A stretch of 63,319 nucleotides of DNA, the filler included, from Thraustochytrium aureum (Eukaryota), in NCBI GenBank assembly GCA_012862495.1. It is 4 parts of 3 records of this genome, joined end to end, with 100 filler letters (N's around TTAATTAATTAA, not from the genome) between each part and the next. Parts side by side here need not be neighbours in the genome. Positions count along the whole stretch, not along the records: positions 1 to 25,769 come from BLSG01000452.1; positions 25,870 to 39,882 come from BLSG01000452.1; 2 more parts are not named here. One strand, 5' to 3'. Each line of letters starts with the position of its first letter. The first letter of the stretch is position 1. A model generated the notes under the pieces. That model ran no database searches, had not been told where the DNA came from, and saw only the letters and a program-made list of their open reading frames with translations. Made by a program: the position numbers and the translations under genes. This document shows, piece by piece, positions 22,861 to 33,499 of the stretch.

Positions 22861-23581
22861 NNNNNNNNNNNNNNNNNNNNNNNNNNNNNNNNNNNNNNNN
22901 NNNNNNNNNNNNNNNNNNNNNNNNNNNNNNNNNNNNNNNNNNNNNNNNNNNNNNNNNNNNNNNNNNNNNNNNNNNNNNNNNNNNNNNNNNNNNNNNNNNN
23001 NNNNNNNNNNNNNNNNNNNNNNNNNNNNNNNNNNNNNNNNNNNNNNNNNNNNNNNNNNNNNNNNNNNNNNNNNNNNNNNNNNNNNNNNNNNNNNNNNNNN
23101 NNNNNNNNNNNNNNNNNNNNNNNNNNNNNNNNNNNNNNNNNNNNNNNNNNNNNNNNNNNNNNNNNNNNNNNNNNNNNNNNNNNNNNNNNNNNNNNNNNNN
23201 NNNNNNNNNNNNNNNNNNNNNNNNNNNNNNNNNNNNNNNNNNNNNNNNNNNNNNNNNNNNNNNNNNNNNNNNNNNNNNNNNNNNNNNNNNNNNNNNNNNN
23301 NNNNNNNNNNNNNNNNNNNNNNNNNNNNNNNNNNNNNNNNNNNNNNNNNNNNNNNNNNNNNNNNNNNNNNNNNNNNNNNNNNNNNNNNNNNNNNNNNNNN
23401 NNNNNNNNNNNNNNNNNNNNNNNNNNNNNNNNNNNNNNNNNNNNNNNNNNNNNNNNNNNNNNNNNNNNNNNNNNNNNNNNNNNNNNNNNNNNNNNNNNNN
23501 NNNNNNNNNNNNNNNNNNNNNNNNNNNNNNNNNNNNNNNNNNNNNNNNNNNNNNNNNNNNNNNNNNNNNNTCCGTCACCGC

Positions 23582-23618
23582 CGCTGGCTAGCTGGCTGGC
23601 TGGCTGGCTGGCTGGCTG
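23582..23618. repeat. (GCTG)n tetranucleotide microsatellite
   Basis: gctggctggctggctggctggctggctg at the gap edge. Confidence 0.85.
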
Positions 23619-24022
23619 AGCGGCCGGGCAACTCGACGGCATCCACTTTCGAACGGACCTTGCAGATGCGTTTCCGGAACGAGGCCCCAAACCGCCTGTT
23701 CCGCAGCTGTTCGAGCGCCAAGTTGCCGACGCCTCGCTGCTCGCGAGCAGAGGCCTGCTGCCGGCGGCCGGCCCTGCGCCACACGGCACTTCCTGAGCCC
23801 ATGTTGGCCGCAAAGCCCGCCGCGCGCGAGCTCAAGACAAGGCAAAGCGCGAACCACGTGCCATAGCGCGACACACTCACCACGAACAACACCGACGCAA
23901 GACGCCGCGGCGGCAGTCTGACGCATACGGATTGCTGGCTGTCGAATCAAGCGCGAGCGCTGCTTTCGGGCAAGAGCTCGGCCAAGGCGCTGCAGCTCGG
24001 CCAAGGCGCTGCGCACGGCATC

Positions 24023-25769
24023 ATGCCGGTTCGCGTGAGCCTTTGCCGCAACGCCGGCCCAGAGCGGGGCAAAGTGCAGGCCGCCGTGGTGGTCACCAAG
24101 GCAGACTTTGAGAGCCTTGTGCGCGCAGCGAAAAACAAGCTGCGACTGACCGCCAAGGAGGCCCGACAGGCGCGGCTCTTCATCGTCAAGGGCAACCGAC
24201 CACCCCGCCAGGGACTGAGGTCACGCAGACAACCGACGCAGACGACGTGCCCAATGGAGCACACATTGCAGTGTCCACCGGCGAGGACTACATCGACTCG
24301 AACGGGGACTCGCAGGCACCAGGCAGTGCCTTGGTACCGATCCCCGACCCGCCACGCGCGGAGGCCTGGCGCCGCTCCCCACTGGTCGAAAGGGCGATCA
24401 AGCTTGAGCATGTTTACTGTGACTTGGACGGTGTGCTCGCGGACTTTGACGGCGGCGTGCGCGCGCTGACTGGGAAGGACCCCGGCGAGCTGAGCCCGAA
24501 CCAGCTCTGGGGCAACGTCGCGCGGCATCCAGACTTTTTCGGCTCGCTCGAGTGGCTCGAAGAAGGCCGTGCACTGTGGGCCGCGCTAGAGCCGCTTCGG
24601 CCAGTCATCCTCACCGGGGTCCCGAAGCTGGACTCGCAGCGGTACGCGGAGCAAAAGCAGCGCTGGTGCCAGGCCAACTTGGGCCCAGGCGTGGCTGTGC
24701 ATTGCGTGCACAGCAGCCAAAAGCCGCAGTGGGGCGGCCTTGGCACAGTCCTCATAGATGACCGCGACGCCGTTCGCGAGGCGTGGGAGAAACGCGGCGG
24801 GGCCTTTGTGCATTTCCGTGACGCCGCCTCCGCCCTCGCCAAGCTTCGCGAGCTCGGGGCGCTTCGAAGCGCGGACGAGGCGCGGCACGCGCTGGTGTCT
24901 GAAGCTCCGCAAGCGGCTGGGACGAGCATGTCGGCTCCGTCGCCAAGGCCGTCCGTGCCGGCTCTTGGCCGGGCGCCGTTCGCGCATCTGGCAGGCAACG
25001 TCCTAGCTACACTCCGCGAGGTGGCTCGGGAGACGGCTGGTTTTGTGGAGAAGGACCACGGCGAGTACATTTCGTTTGACTACGAGTCCGACGACGCGTT
25101 CCGACAGACCGCCCTCGAGCCGGGCAAGCGCGCTCTCCTGAACGAGTGCCGCGGGCTCCTGGTTTGCGCCTCGACCGGGGGCGTGATTGCTCGGCGGCTG
25201 CACAAGTTTTTCAACGCGAGCGAGCTGGCCGTCGACCCAGCAGATCTTGTGGTGATGCCCGGCGCCGAGCTTCGCCTCAAGCTTGACGGCCGACTTGTTT
25301 CTCCGGTCCTGCTAAGCGGCCCAGGCGGCGAAGTTGCATGGGCCTCTCGCCAGCGCCTGGACGAGCGCGTCGCCACTTATGTCGAGCAACAGCGCCAGCG
25401 CCAGCACAGGGACGAGGACCGGGGGTGGGGGGCGCGCCAACTATGAGGGCTTTGCGCGGTACTGGGCCGAAGCTGGGTGCACTGCGCTCTTCGAGTTTGT
25501 TGACCCCGACGAGGCTCCGGGGCCAGTGGTCGCCACGCAAGCCAGCCTTGTCGCGATCGCGGCGCGGGACAACATATCGGGGCAGTATCCGCCAATGAGC
25601 GAGCTTGATCGCGTGGCGTCCCAGTTCGGGGTTCCTTGCGCCGCCCTCTTGGTGCGCGTGCACGAGCCGACTACGCTGGCAGAGCTCGCCGCCGCGGTGC
25701 GCCAGCTGCCGGACATCGAAGGCGCTGTGCTGGTCATGGAAGACGGCCAGGCGCGCTTCAAGCTAAAGA
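24023..25769 (+). CDS. Fusion protein: small N-terminal domain + HAD-family phosphatase (NT5C-like) + T4 Rnl1-type RNA ligase (frameshifts near 24200 and 25425; 3' end cut by contig join)
   Basis: HAD: HVYCDLDGVLADFD (DLDGV at 24421), ILTG, QKQRWC, VLIDDR. Ligase: NECRGLLV..IARRLHKFFN (cf. T4 Rnl1 ECRGIMF..RPMEKFFN), motif I KLDG (25279), LFEFV, IEGAVLV, RFKLK. Confidence 0.82.
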
Positions 25770-25869
25770 NNNNNNNNNNNNNNNNNNNNNNNNNNNNNNN
25801 NNNNNNNNNNNNNTTAATTAATTAANNNNNNNNNNNNNNNNNNNNNNNNNNNNNNNNNNNNNNNNNNNN
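25770..25869. other. Artificial contig-join spacer 44N-TTAATTAATTAA-44N
   Basis: 12-mer with stops in all six frames at 25814-25825, centred in exactly 100 bp; identical constructs occur at 39883 and 60341. Confidence 0.95.
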
Positions 25870-27290
25870 AGGCGGCTGCCGGTGAAGTCGAGCCTGACCT
25901 CGGCAAGGGCGACGAGAAGCCTGACGCTGAGCAGCAAGCCGAGGCGCCTGGCGGTGACGATGAGCAGCTGCTGATTGCCAAGCCTGGCGGCGATGATGAG
26001 CAACAAGCCGGAAAGCCTGACGGCGACGGCAAGCAGCTTGCCAGTGGCGGTGGGCAGCAGGTCGAGGCGGCTGGCGGCGATGAGCTAGACGGCCCTGGCG
26101 CAAGTGCGCGGGCGACAGATGCTGCCCAAGGTGAGCAAGCTGCGCAGGACGAGCAAGTTGCGCCCGACGAGCAAGCTGTGGCCGCCGCTGCGCAAGGCAA
26201 GCCAACTGGGCTTGCTGAGGTGAAATCGTCGACAAAAGCCGTGGAAGACGCCGGTGACGGGACAGCCGGAGAGCGTCTGGTCGAGGCGGCTGACGCGCAC
26301 GGGCTGGCAGCGAGCGGTGACGCCCCGGGGGAAAGCCTCGCAGACAATCAGCCCCCTGGCAAACCGGCAAAGAAGAAGAAGCAAGCAAGCGAAGCAGCAA
26401 AGGCCGAAAGCGAAATCAAGCGGAGCGCGCGGCAAGTGTCTGCCGGGGGAAGCGAGGTTGGTCCCGAGGCGGAGGCCAAACTGGAGCAACAGCACCGAGC
26501 AGAGGACGAACCCCTTGCTGAAGAACCAGCCAAACCAAGGCCGAGGCCAAGCGCGCAAAACGCCGCAACGGGGGCTCCTGGAGAGACAAAGTTCGAGCAA
26601 GAGCTCCCCCTCGCAACCGAGAACAACGCCACACGCAAGCCGCGCAAGCGAGTTGCAAGCGGCAACGAGATAGGCACAAAGTCCTTCGCAGAGTCTCTCT
26701 TGCGGACCGGCTTGTGGGTATTGCGTGGGTGTTATCGCGCCCCAGGGGACCACAACCGAGTAATCATTGTCATCGGGGACAAAGACAAGTCGAGAGACTG
26801 GCTCAGCGTCTGCAGCGGCCTCCTTCAAGCGGCGTCACATGCAGAAGCCATCATTCTCGACAAAGCCGGCGTGAAGAGCATCTTCCACGGGATCCAGGCC
26901 AACGACCGCACCATGCCAGATATCGTCGGCCTTGGCCCAAGTTCGTGCAGCGCAGTCTGTCCGCAACATCGAGTCACAATCTTGGTGGAGGACTGTCCGG
27001 TGGAAGACGAAGAGGGGTTTTGCAGGGCGAAAATGAAGCTCGCGCGCAACCTGGCAGACGGCTGCAAGATCGTCGCAGTCAACGTCGCCAAAAGCCTCGA
27101 CCCGGCACAGGAGCGCCTGTTGCGGTGCATCGCACGCGCCGATTGGCCAGTCTTGGCCCTGCACGACTGCGCGCGGCCTTCGTTCCCCGTCCCAAGGTAC
27201 GCCGCGTTCCCCAAGCCGACCAGGGGCAACGAGAGCGAGTTCGCTTCTTTCCTGCACGTTCACCTGACTGTCGACCTCTTCTCCCTCTGA
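25870..27290 (+). CDS. Hypothetical protein: acidic low-complexity N-part plus alpha/beta C-terminal domain (start missing)
   Basis: Open frame from the gap edge (AAAGEVEPDLGKGDEKPDAEQQAEAPGGDDEQ..) to TGA at 27290; globular-looking tail RVIIVIGD..VTILVED..KIVAVNV..WPVLALHD. Confidence 0.6.
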
Positions 27291-28445
27291 GACCAAGCCC
27301 GGCGCGCTCGAGCAGCGCCGGCGAACGAGGCGACACCCGCCAAGCGATTAATTAAATCAAAAATCATTTCGTTGTAAGGCAACCGAGCCCAACCGAGCCC
27401 ACTTTNNNNNNNNNNNNNNNNNNNNNNNNNNNNNNNNNNNNNNNNNNNNNNNNNNNNNNNNNNNNNNNNNNNNNNNNNNNNNNNNNNNNNNNNNNNNNNN
27501 NNNNNNNNNNNNNNNNNNNNNNNNNNNNNNNNNNNNNNNNNNNNNNNNNNNNNNNNNNNNNNNNNNNNNNNNNNNNNNNNNNNNNNNNNNNNNNNNNNNN
27601 NNNNNNNNNNNNNNNNNNNNNNNNNNNNNNNNNNNNNNNNNNNNNNNNNNNNNNNNNNNNNNNNNNNNNNNNNNNNNNNNNNNNNNNNNNNNNNNNNNNN
27701 NNNNNNNNNNNNNNNNNNNNNNNNNNNNNNNNNNNNNNNNNNNNNNNNNNNNNNNNNNNNNNNNNNNNNNNNNNNNNNNNNNNNNNNNNNNNNNNNNNNN
27801 NNNNNNNNNNNNNNNNNNNNNNNNNNNNNNNNNNNNNNNNNNNNNNNNNNNNNNNNNNNNNNNNNNNNNNNNNNNNNNNNNNNNNNNNNNNNNNNNNNNN
27901 NNNNNNNNNNNNNNNNNNNNNNNNNNNNNNNNNNNNNNNNNNNNNNNNNNNNNNNNNNNNNNNNNNNNNNNNNNNNNNNNNNNNNNNNNNNNNNNNNNNN
28001 NNNNNNNNNNNNNNNNNNNNNNNNNNNNNNNNNNNNNNNNNNNNNNNNNNNNNNNNNNNNNNNNNNNNNNNNNNNNNNNNNNNNNNNNNNNNNNNNNNNN
28101 NNNNNNNNNNNNNNNNNNNNNNNNNNNNNNNNNNNNNNNNNNNNNNNNNNNNNNNNNNNNNNNNNNNNNNNNNNNNNNNNNNNNNNNNNNNNNNNNNNNN
28201 NNNNNNNNNNNNNNNNNNNNNNNNNNNNNNNNNNNNNNNNNNNNNNNNNNNNNNNNNNNNNNNNNNNNNNNNNNNNNNNNNNNNNNNNNNNNNNNNNNNN
28301 NNNNNNNNNNNNNNNNNNNNNNNNNNNNNNNNNNNNNNNNNNNNNNNNNNNNNNNNNNNNNNNNNNNNNNNNNNNNNNNNNNNNNNNNNNNNNNNNNTGG
28401 CATTCCGGCTTTGTAGCTAGCTACCTAAAAAGTGACGCGCGCGCA

Positions 28446-29749
28446 CTATGGGCTGGCTGCTCGCGCTGGAAGCGGGACGAGGCCTAGCTTTTCCTTCAGC
28501 GCGAGGCGCTGCTGCTCTTTAATCTCCATCTCAAACTGCATGCGCTTCTGGCGGCGGAACTCGACCTGCATTTGCTTGCGCTGCCTTTCGGCTCGAACGG
28601 CCGCCATGAGGTCTTGCTTGCGGTTCAGGTTTGTCTTTTCAACCTCGATGAGGGCCTTGAGTCGGCGCTCTTCCTCCATGATCAGCCGCTTTTCCGCGCG
28701 CAGCGCGTCGAGGTCCGAAGCCTCCTGCAGCGCCTTGAGGATAATATCGTTTTTAATCTTTGCGCGCCGCTTTCCCAGCTTGGCGTGGCGCTTCTGCGCG
28801 TCTTGGAGCCGCATGCGGTTTTCCTCCTCGATTCGCTCTGTTTCCGCGATCAGGTTGACCAGGAAGGGGCTCTTTTCCATCTTGCACTTCCAGCTCTGCT
28901 GCTTTTTGATGCGCTGGAGCTGCATCCGCTGCCGATAAGCAGACCTCTCTTCCAGGAGCTCTCGCTTAACGCGCTCGCGCTCCGTGTGTCTTTGCTGCAT
29001 AAGAACTTGGGACTTGCCAAGGGTGTGGCGCCGCGTCTTCGCGTCCGGGTCGTGAGGTCGTCGCGTGCGTCGTCCAGTTCGCCCTCGTCTTCGTCGTATG
29101 GGTCCTCCTCGCCGTCGCTTAGAGTATGCGAACTAGCGCTCTGCTTTGCCTTCGAAGCGCCCTTCTTCTTCTTTGCCTTGCGCTTGATGCGCCTTTTCAG
29201 CTTTTTCTTGCCGCCTGGGGTTGCTTCGCTGCCCGCAAGTGAGACTGTTTTTGTGCCTTCGACGTTCTTAGACGCGGTTGCGCTGCTGTTGGGTATACTC
29301 GTCTCTTCGTTGTCTTGCTCGTCATCCCCGTCGTCATCCCCGTCGTCATTATTGTCATCGTCCTCGTCGCCGTCGTCCTCATCGCCGTCGCCCTCATCGC
29401 CGTCGTCCTCATCGCCGTCGCCCTCATCGCCGTCGTCCTCATCGCCGTCTTCTTCGTCGTTGTCTTCTCCCGCGCCGTCCTCGTCGACCAAGTAGGCACC
29501 GTCCAGATCGCCATCCTCCTTCTGTTCGCCGCCCTTGGACTCGTCGTTCGGCATCTCGTCAGCTTCAAACGCGTCTTCCTCATACCGGGCGTTGTCGTCG
29601 TCACGAGCCTTTGACTCGCTGGCGAACGCCTTGCTGGCGAACGCCTCGCTGTCCATTTCGCCACTGGCCTGACGCTCGCCGTCACTCTTCGACTCGCTCA
29701 CGGCCTCGTGGAGGTCGTCGGCATACTTGGACTCGTTCTCCGCGCCCAT
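28446..29749 (-). CDS. Coiled-coil protein with D/G-rich acidic N-terminus, plausibly ciliary (frameshift near 29000)
   Basis: MGAENESKYADD..(DGDEDDGDEG)n..KKKLKRRIKRKAKKKK..SPKF joins to KSPFLVNLIAETERIEEENRMRL..KNDIILKALQEASDLDALRAEKRLIMEEERRLKAL. Confidence 0.7.
29355..29455. repeat. Coding 15/30-bp minisatellite (DGDED/DGDEG)
   Basis: tcgccgtcgtcctcatcgccgtcgccctca repeated. Confidence 0.85.
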
Positions 29750-30743
29750 GTCGTCCGTACTGGCCTGGCCGGCCTCGTCCAGCAGGATGCGGGGCTCTAT
29801 GCCGCGCCCAGCGATTTCCACAGTTGGCCGTGCGCCGCTCGACGCCCTGGCGTCGCTCGCCCCGACTTGACTTGCACGTCCACGACGGCACCGCTTTGCT
29901 CCACGCCTGCTCCGCGCCAACCTGCGCGTGCGGCAGTCTCTGAGCAACGCCACCGAGCGAGCAAGCAGGCGCACTTTCGGGAGAGAGGATGATCGTTTGG
30001 TTTGCAGCGGCAAGCCAGCACAGCTGCGAGATAGATTGTCTGGAATTGTTCGGGAGAGGACTCGGCGCCGAATCGGCCCAACTCCCTCACACCCAGCGCG
30101 CCAAAACCGCACAGGTAATTGGAGATCGTTTCAAGGCAGCGCGGCCGGCCTGCCTCGCAGCCTCTCCATCCATCCAGCTCGTGAGAGCCGCGCCGCGCCG
30201 GCAAGGCCCGGGCAACAGCTCTCTCATCACCTTGGCAGTCGATCGGCCAACGCGAAAAAATCTATCCGTTAGNNNNNNNNNNNNNNNNNNNNNNNNNNNN
30301 NNNNNNNNNNNNNNNNNNNNNNNNNNNNNNNNNNNNNNNNNNNNNNNNNNNNNNNNNNNNNNNNNNNNNNNNNNNNNNNNNNNNNNNNNNNNNNNNNNNN
30401 NNNNNNNNNNNNNNNNNNNNNNNNNNNNNNNNNNNNNNNNNNNAAAAATCTATCCGTTAGCATCGGACACACGTATGCACGAACGTATGTGGCGGACCCG
30501 ACGTAAAGTGTGCTTTTTGTATTGGCCAAGGTGGTCGAGGCCGATTGCCGGACCGACCGGGCAGACGCCCAGGCTCGCGCACGGGCAGGCGCACAGCTGG
30601 CAGGATCGCGTCTGGGGGAATACGAAACGTGACCTGCGGACGGACGTCCTGGCCAAGGCCTGTCCTTGCCGTGGAGGTCGAGCAGGTCTCGCACGCCCAC
30701 ACCGAACGAAAGACGCGGCCCTCGTCCGCGGCGCTGCTCGACG

Positions 30744-31889
30744 ATGAGCATGCGTCATAAGAATGGCGCTGGGGCTGGTGGCTCTGGCGCTGGCGCGATG
30801 GCTGCGCCGGAGCAGGCGCTGCCGCAGCCTTTGATACTGGAGCATGTGTCGCCAGCGACGAGGCTGCTGGAAAAAAGGCGGCAAATGTTCGAGGTCCAAG
30901 AGGCGCTGGATGCGCAAAAGGAAGAGTTTGCCAGGCGCGAAGAGGCCTTTCATCGCCGAGAAGAAGGTCTGCGGAAGAAGGATTTAGAGCTGCAGGAGTC
31001 GCTGATCCGCTTCAACAAGTTTCTCCAGGAGAACGAGTCGAAACGCAACCGCGCGGAGAAGCGCGCACAAGACGAGGCCAAGCAGCGCAAGTGCAAAGAG
31101 GGTGAGATTAGCAAGCTTCAAGAGCAGCTGGAGGCCATGAAGGTCGAGTATGCCAAGCTCGAGGACGTCGTCGGGCGCAACCTCAAGTACCAGCGGTACC
31201 TGGAGACCGTCCAGGAGGCCGTTCCAGAAGACTACCCAGAAGTCAGCGACCTCCTGAACAGGTACAAGACGCTGAAAGACGCGAACGAGGACCTCACTGA
31301 GCGGCTGCAAAGGCACGAGGACCTCAACGAGTCCAAGCGCGCAGAGTTTGTTCACTACACGAAGGAGCAGACGAACGACATCCTCAACTTCAACAACAAG
31401 ATTGCATTCATGCAAAAGGCTCTCGAGACCTCAGAGTCCGAAGCCTTTCGGTTCCAGAACGAGCTAGACGGCCAGATTCGAAGCACCTCGGACCGCACAC
31501 TCGAGATCGGCCAGGCACTCATGGCTGTCGACAACTTATTGCAGCGTTGCACCAGCAAAAAGCACGGCAACTTTCTCAAGCACTTTCAGGCTTCAGACGA
31601 CCAGCAGCAGGCGCAGCACAAACGCCTTGACGAACTGCACAGCAAGGGCAAGCAAGCCATGTCCGAGCTTGACGTCATCGCCGCCTACATTGTGGATTTC
31701 CGATCCATCGTCGACGAGGCGCGCGGCATGCAGTACGCGACACGTGCGCACGCTGCTTCAGTTGAGGCGAGCTCGGGAGCGGGGTCAGCGTCGGCCAAAG
31801 ACCTGGCGTCTTCGGGGTCCGACACTCAGCATGGCGTGTCTTCGGCCGATTCGTCGACCAACTCGAATCGCCGAACGACCAAAAAGTAG
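30744..31889 (+). CDS. CFAP73: Cilia- and flagella-associated protein 73 / CCDC42 family (DUF4200)
   Basis: LEHVSPATRLLEKRRQMFEVQEALDAQKEEFARREEAF..LRKKDLELQESLIRFNKFLQENESKRNRA..YQRYLE..LLNRYKTL. Confidence 0.88.
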   Translation: MSMRHKNGAGAGGSGAGAMAAPEQALPQPLILEHVSPATRLLEKRRQMFEVQEALDAQKEEFARREEAFHRREEGLRKKDLELQESLIRFNKFLQENESKRNRAEKRAQDEAKQRKCKEGEISKLQEQLEAMKVEYAKLEDVVGRNLKYQRYLETVQEAVPEDYPEVSDLLNRYKTLKDANEDLTERLQRHEDLNESKRAEFVHYTKEQTNDILNFNNKIAFMQKALETSESEAFRFQNELDGQIRSTSDRTLEIGQALMAVDNLLQRCTSKKHGNFLKHFQASDDQQQAQHKRLDELHSKGKQAMSELDVIAAYIVDFRSIVDEARGMQYATRAHAASVEASSGAGSASAKDLASSGSDTQHGVSSADSSTNSNRRTTKK

Positions 31890-31956
31890 AAACTCTCCGT
31901 GCTCCAGAGCGCTGGCTTGCTTGCAGTGCACCCTGTAACTGTGTTTGTTTTGTTAT

Positions 31957-33438
31957 CTAGCTAGAACCTCCGGTGGGGCGCGCCCCTGCGCCGGCTCCAC
32001 GGCCCCAGAGGGCGTCCCGGCTCGTGTCTTCGTTCGCGAGGGTCGTCCACTTGCCTGTGCGTCTGCCTTTCTCTAAAGTGCGAACGCGCAGGGGCCCGTC
32101 TTGCCCCGGAGCGGCGAGTTTGCCGGCTCTTAATCCGTCCGAGGTTTCTACGACGCGGCGCTTCCGTACGTCCTCTACCCCAGTGGCCGCCTCGGACTTT
32201 GCGATCGAGTCGTCGTCCATGTAAAACACGCCGCGTTGCTTGCGTCGCACCTCAAACTCCGCCGGGGCACCGTCGGGTGCCTGCCGCAGGCCGAGGCGCA
32301 CAAGCTCGGCATCTTCACGTGCGCGCTCGGCTGGGGTCAAATTCCGCCTCCGCTCCGTGTCTTGTTGTTGCAGCTCGCGCGCCTCCCGTTTGTCCTTCTC
32401 GCGCTTGAGCCGCCGCATTTCCCGCAACTCCCACGCCTGAAACTCCTCCTCTTCGTTCAGGCCGTCCGTGTCGTCGGGGGCCTGTTCGCTTAGCGCATGC
32501 GTTGTGCGCGAGGCTTGCTTGTCGCGCTCGGCTTGTGCGCGCTTGTCGGCGTCCAATTGGCTCTCGATCGCCTTGAGGGCCTCGTTGCGCTCGCGCTCTT
32601 TGTCCTTGTCGAGCAAGGCCGCGACGCGCTCCTCATTTTCGGCCTGCTTTCTGCGCACCGCATCGAGCTTTCGAAGGTGCTTGGGAACGAATTTCAGCGT
32701 TGCAGGGGCGCGCCCCCTGCTTGACGGCCCTGTGGAAGATGACGACGACGACGACGACGACGACGACGATGAGGTGGCCGAGGAGGAGGAAGAGGAGGAG
32801 GAAGCAGAGCCGGATCGAGGCCGGCGACGTGTTGGCCTCTCTGGGCTCAGATCGCGAGTCACGCCCTCAACACGAACGGGAGTCTCTGGCGTTTCGATCG
32901 CCTTCTTGCCAGCCGGACCAGGGGCATCTGGTTCGCTGGCGGACGAATCGCTCAGCGCACGTCTCCGCCGAAGGAGCAATGCGCGGCGCCGCCGCTGGCG
33001 TTCAACTTCGTCTTCGTCCGAAGATGAAGACGAGGCGCCTCCTGGGGACCCCAGCGTCGTCGGCAGCACAACCTTTGTCGCAAATGGGCCAGGGGCGGGC
33101 ATGGGCGCATCTGCAGCGGCGAGGGATATGGGCTGCGGCGCGAAGGCCGTTGCAGAGCTATGCTTTTGGACGCTGCCTTCCTGCTCCACTGTGGATGCGG
33201 CGTTCGCAGCGAGGCGCTTGTCCCGCTCAGCGATCCGCGCCAAGGTTGACACGGCCTTCCCGCCTCGCCTTCTTTGTATCCGAACCTGGCTGCTCCGATC
33301 CAACTTGGGCTTAAACTCTTCCACGCGCCCAGCGCCGTCATCTTGCCCGCCTCTATCGAGTGACAGTTCCGCGTCCACTTGCTCGGACAGCGTCAAGCCC
33401 AAGTCGCCCACGCCAAACGCATCGACGCGGCGCGCCAT
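31957..33438 (-). CDS. MFAP1: Microfibrillar-associated protein 1 (spliceosomal B-complex MFAP1)
   Basis: LKFVPKHLR, PDDTDGLNEEEEFQAWELREMRRLKREK, ERRRNLT, RGVFYMD, GKWTTLANEDTS. Confidence 0.85.
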   Translation of the reverse strand: MARRVDAFGVGDLGLTLSEQVDAELSLDRGGQDDGAGRVEEFKPKLDRSSQVRIQRRRGGKAVSTLARIAERDKRLAANAASTVEQEGSVQKHSSATAFAPQPISLAAADAPMPAPGPFATKVVLPTTLGSPGGASSSSSDEDEVERQRRRRALLLRRRRALSDSSASEPDAPGPAGKKAIETPETPVRVEGVTRDLSPERPTRRRPRSGSASSSSSSSSATSSSSSSSSSSSSSTGPSSRGRAPATLKFVPKHLRKLDAVRRKQAENEERVAALLDKDKERERNEALKAIESQLDADKRAQAERDKQASRTTHALSEQAPDDTDGLNEEEEFQAWELREMRRLKREKDKREARELQQQDTERRRNLTPAERAREDAELVRLGLRQAPDGAPAEFEVRRKQRGVFYMDDDSIAKSEAATGVEDVRKRRVVETSDGLRAGKLAAPGQDGPLRVRTLEKGRRTGKWTTLANEDTSRDALWGRGAGAGARPTGGSS

Positions 33439-33499
33439 GTCCTTGAGCGACGCGCTGCCTCGTCAGTCGTCCACAGGCCCTCTTCTTATCGAGCTGCTC

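Noticed and set aside
4227..25769. DUS1 and the RNA ligase fusion as a tRNA-maintenance gene cluster
   Set aside because: They are ~18 kb apart with unrelated genes and gaps between; there is no evidence of functional clustering.
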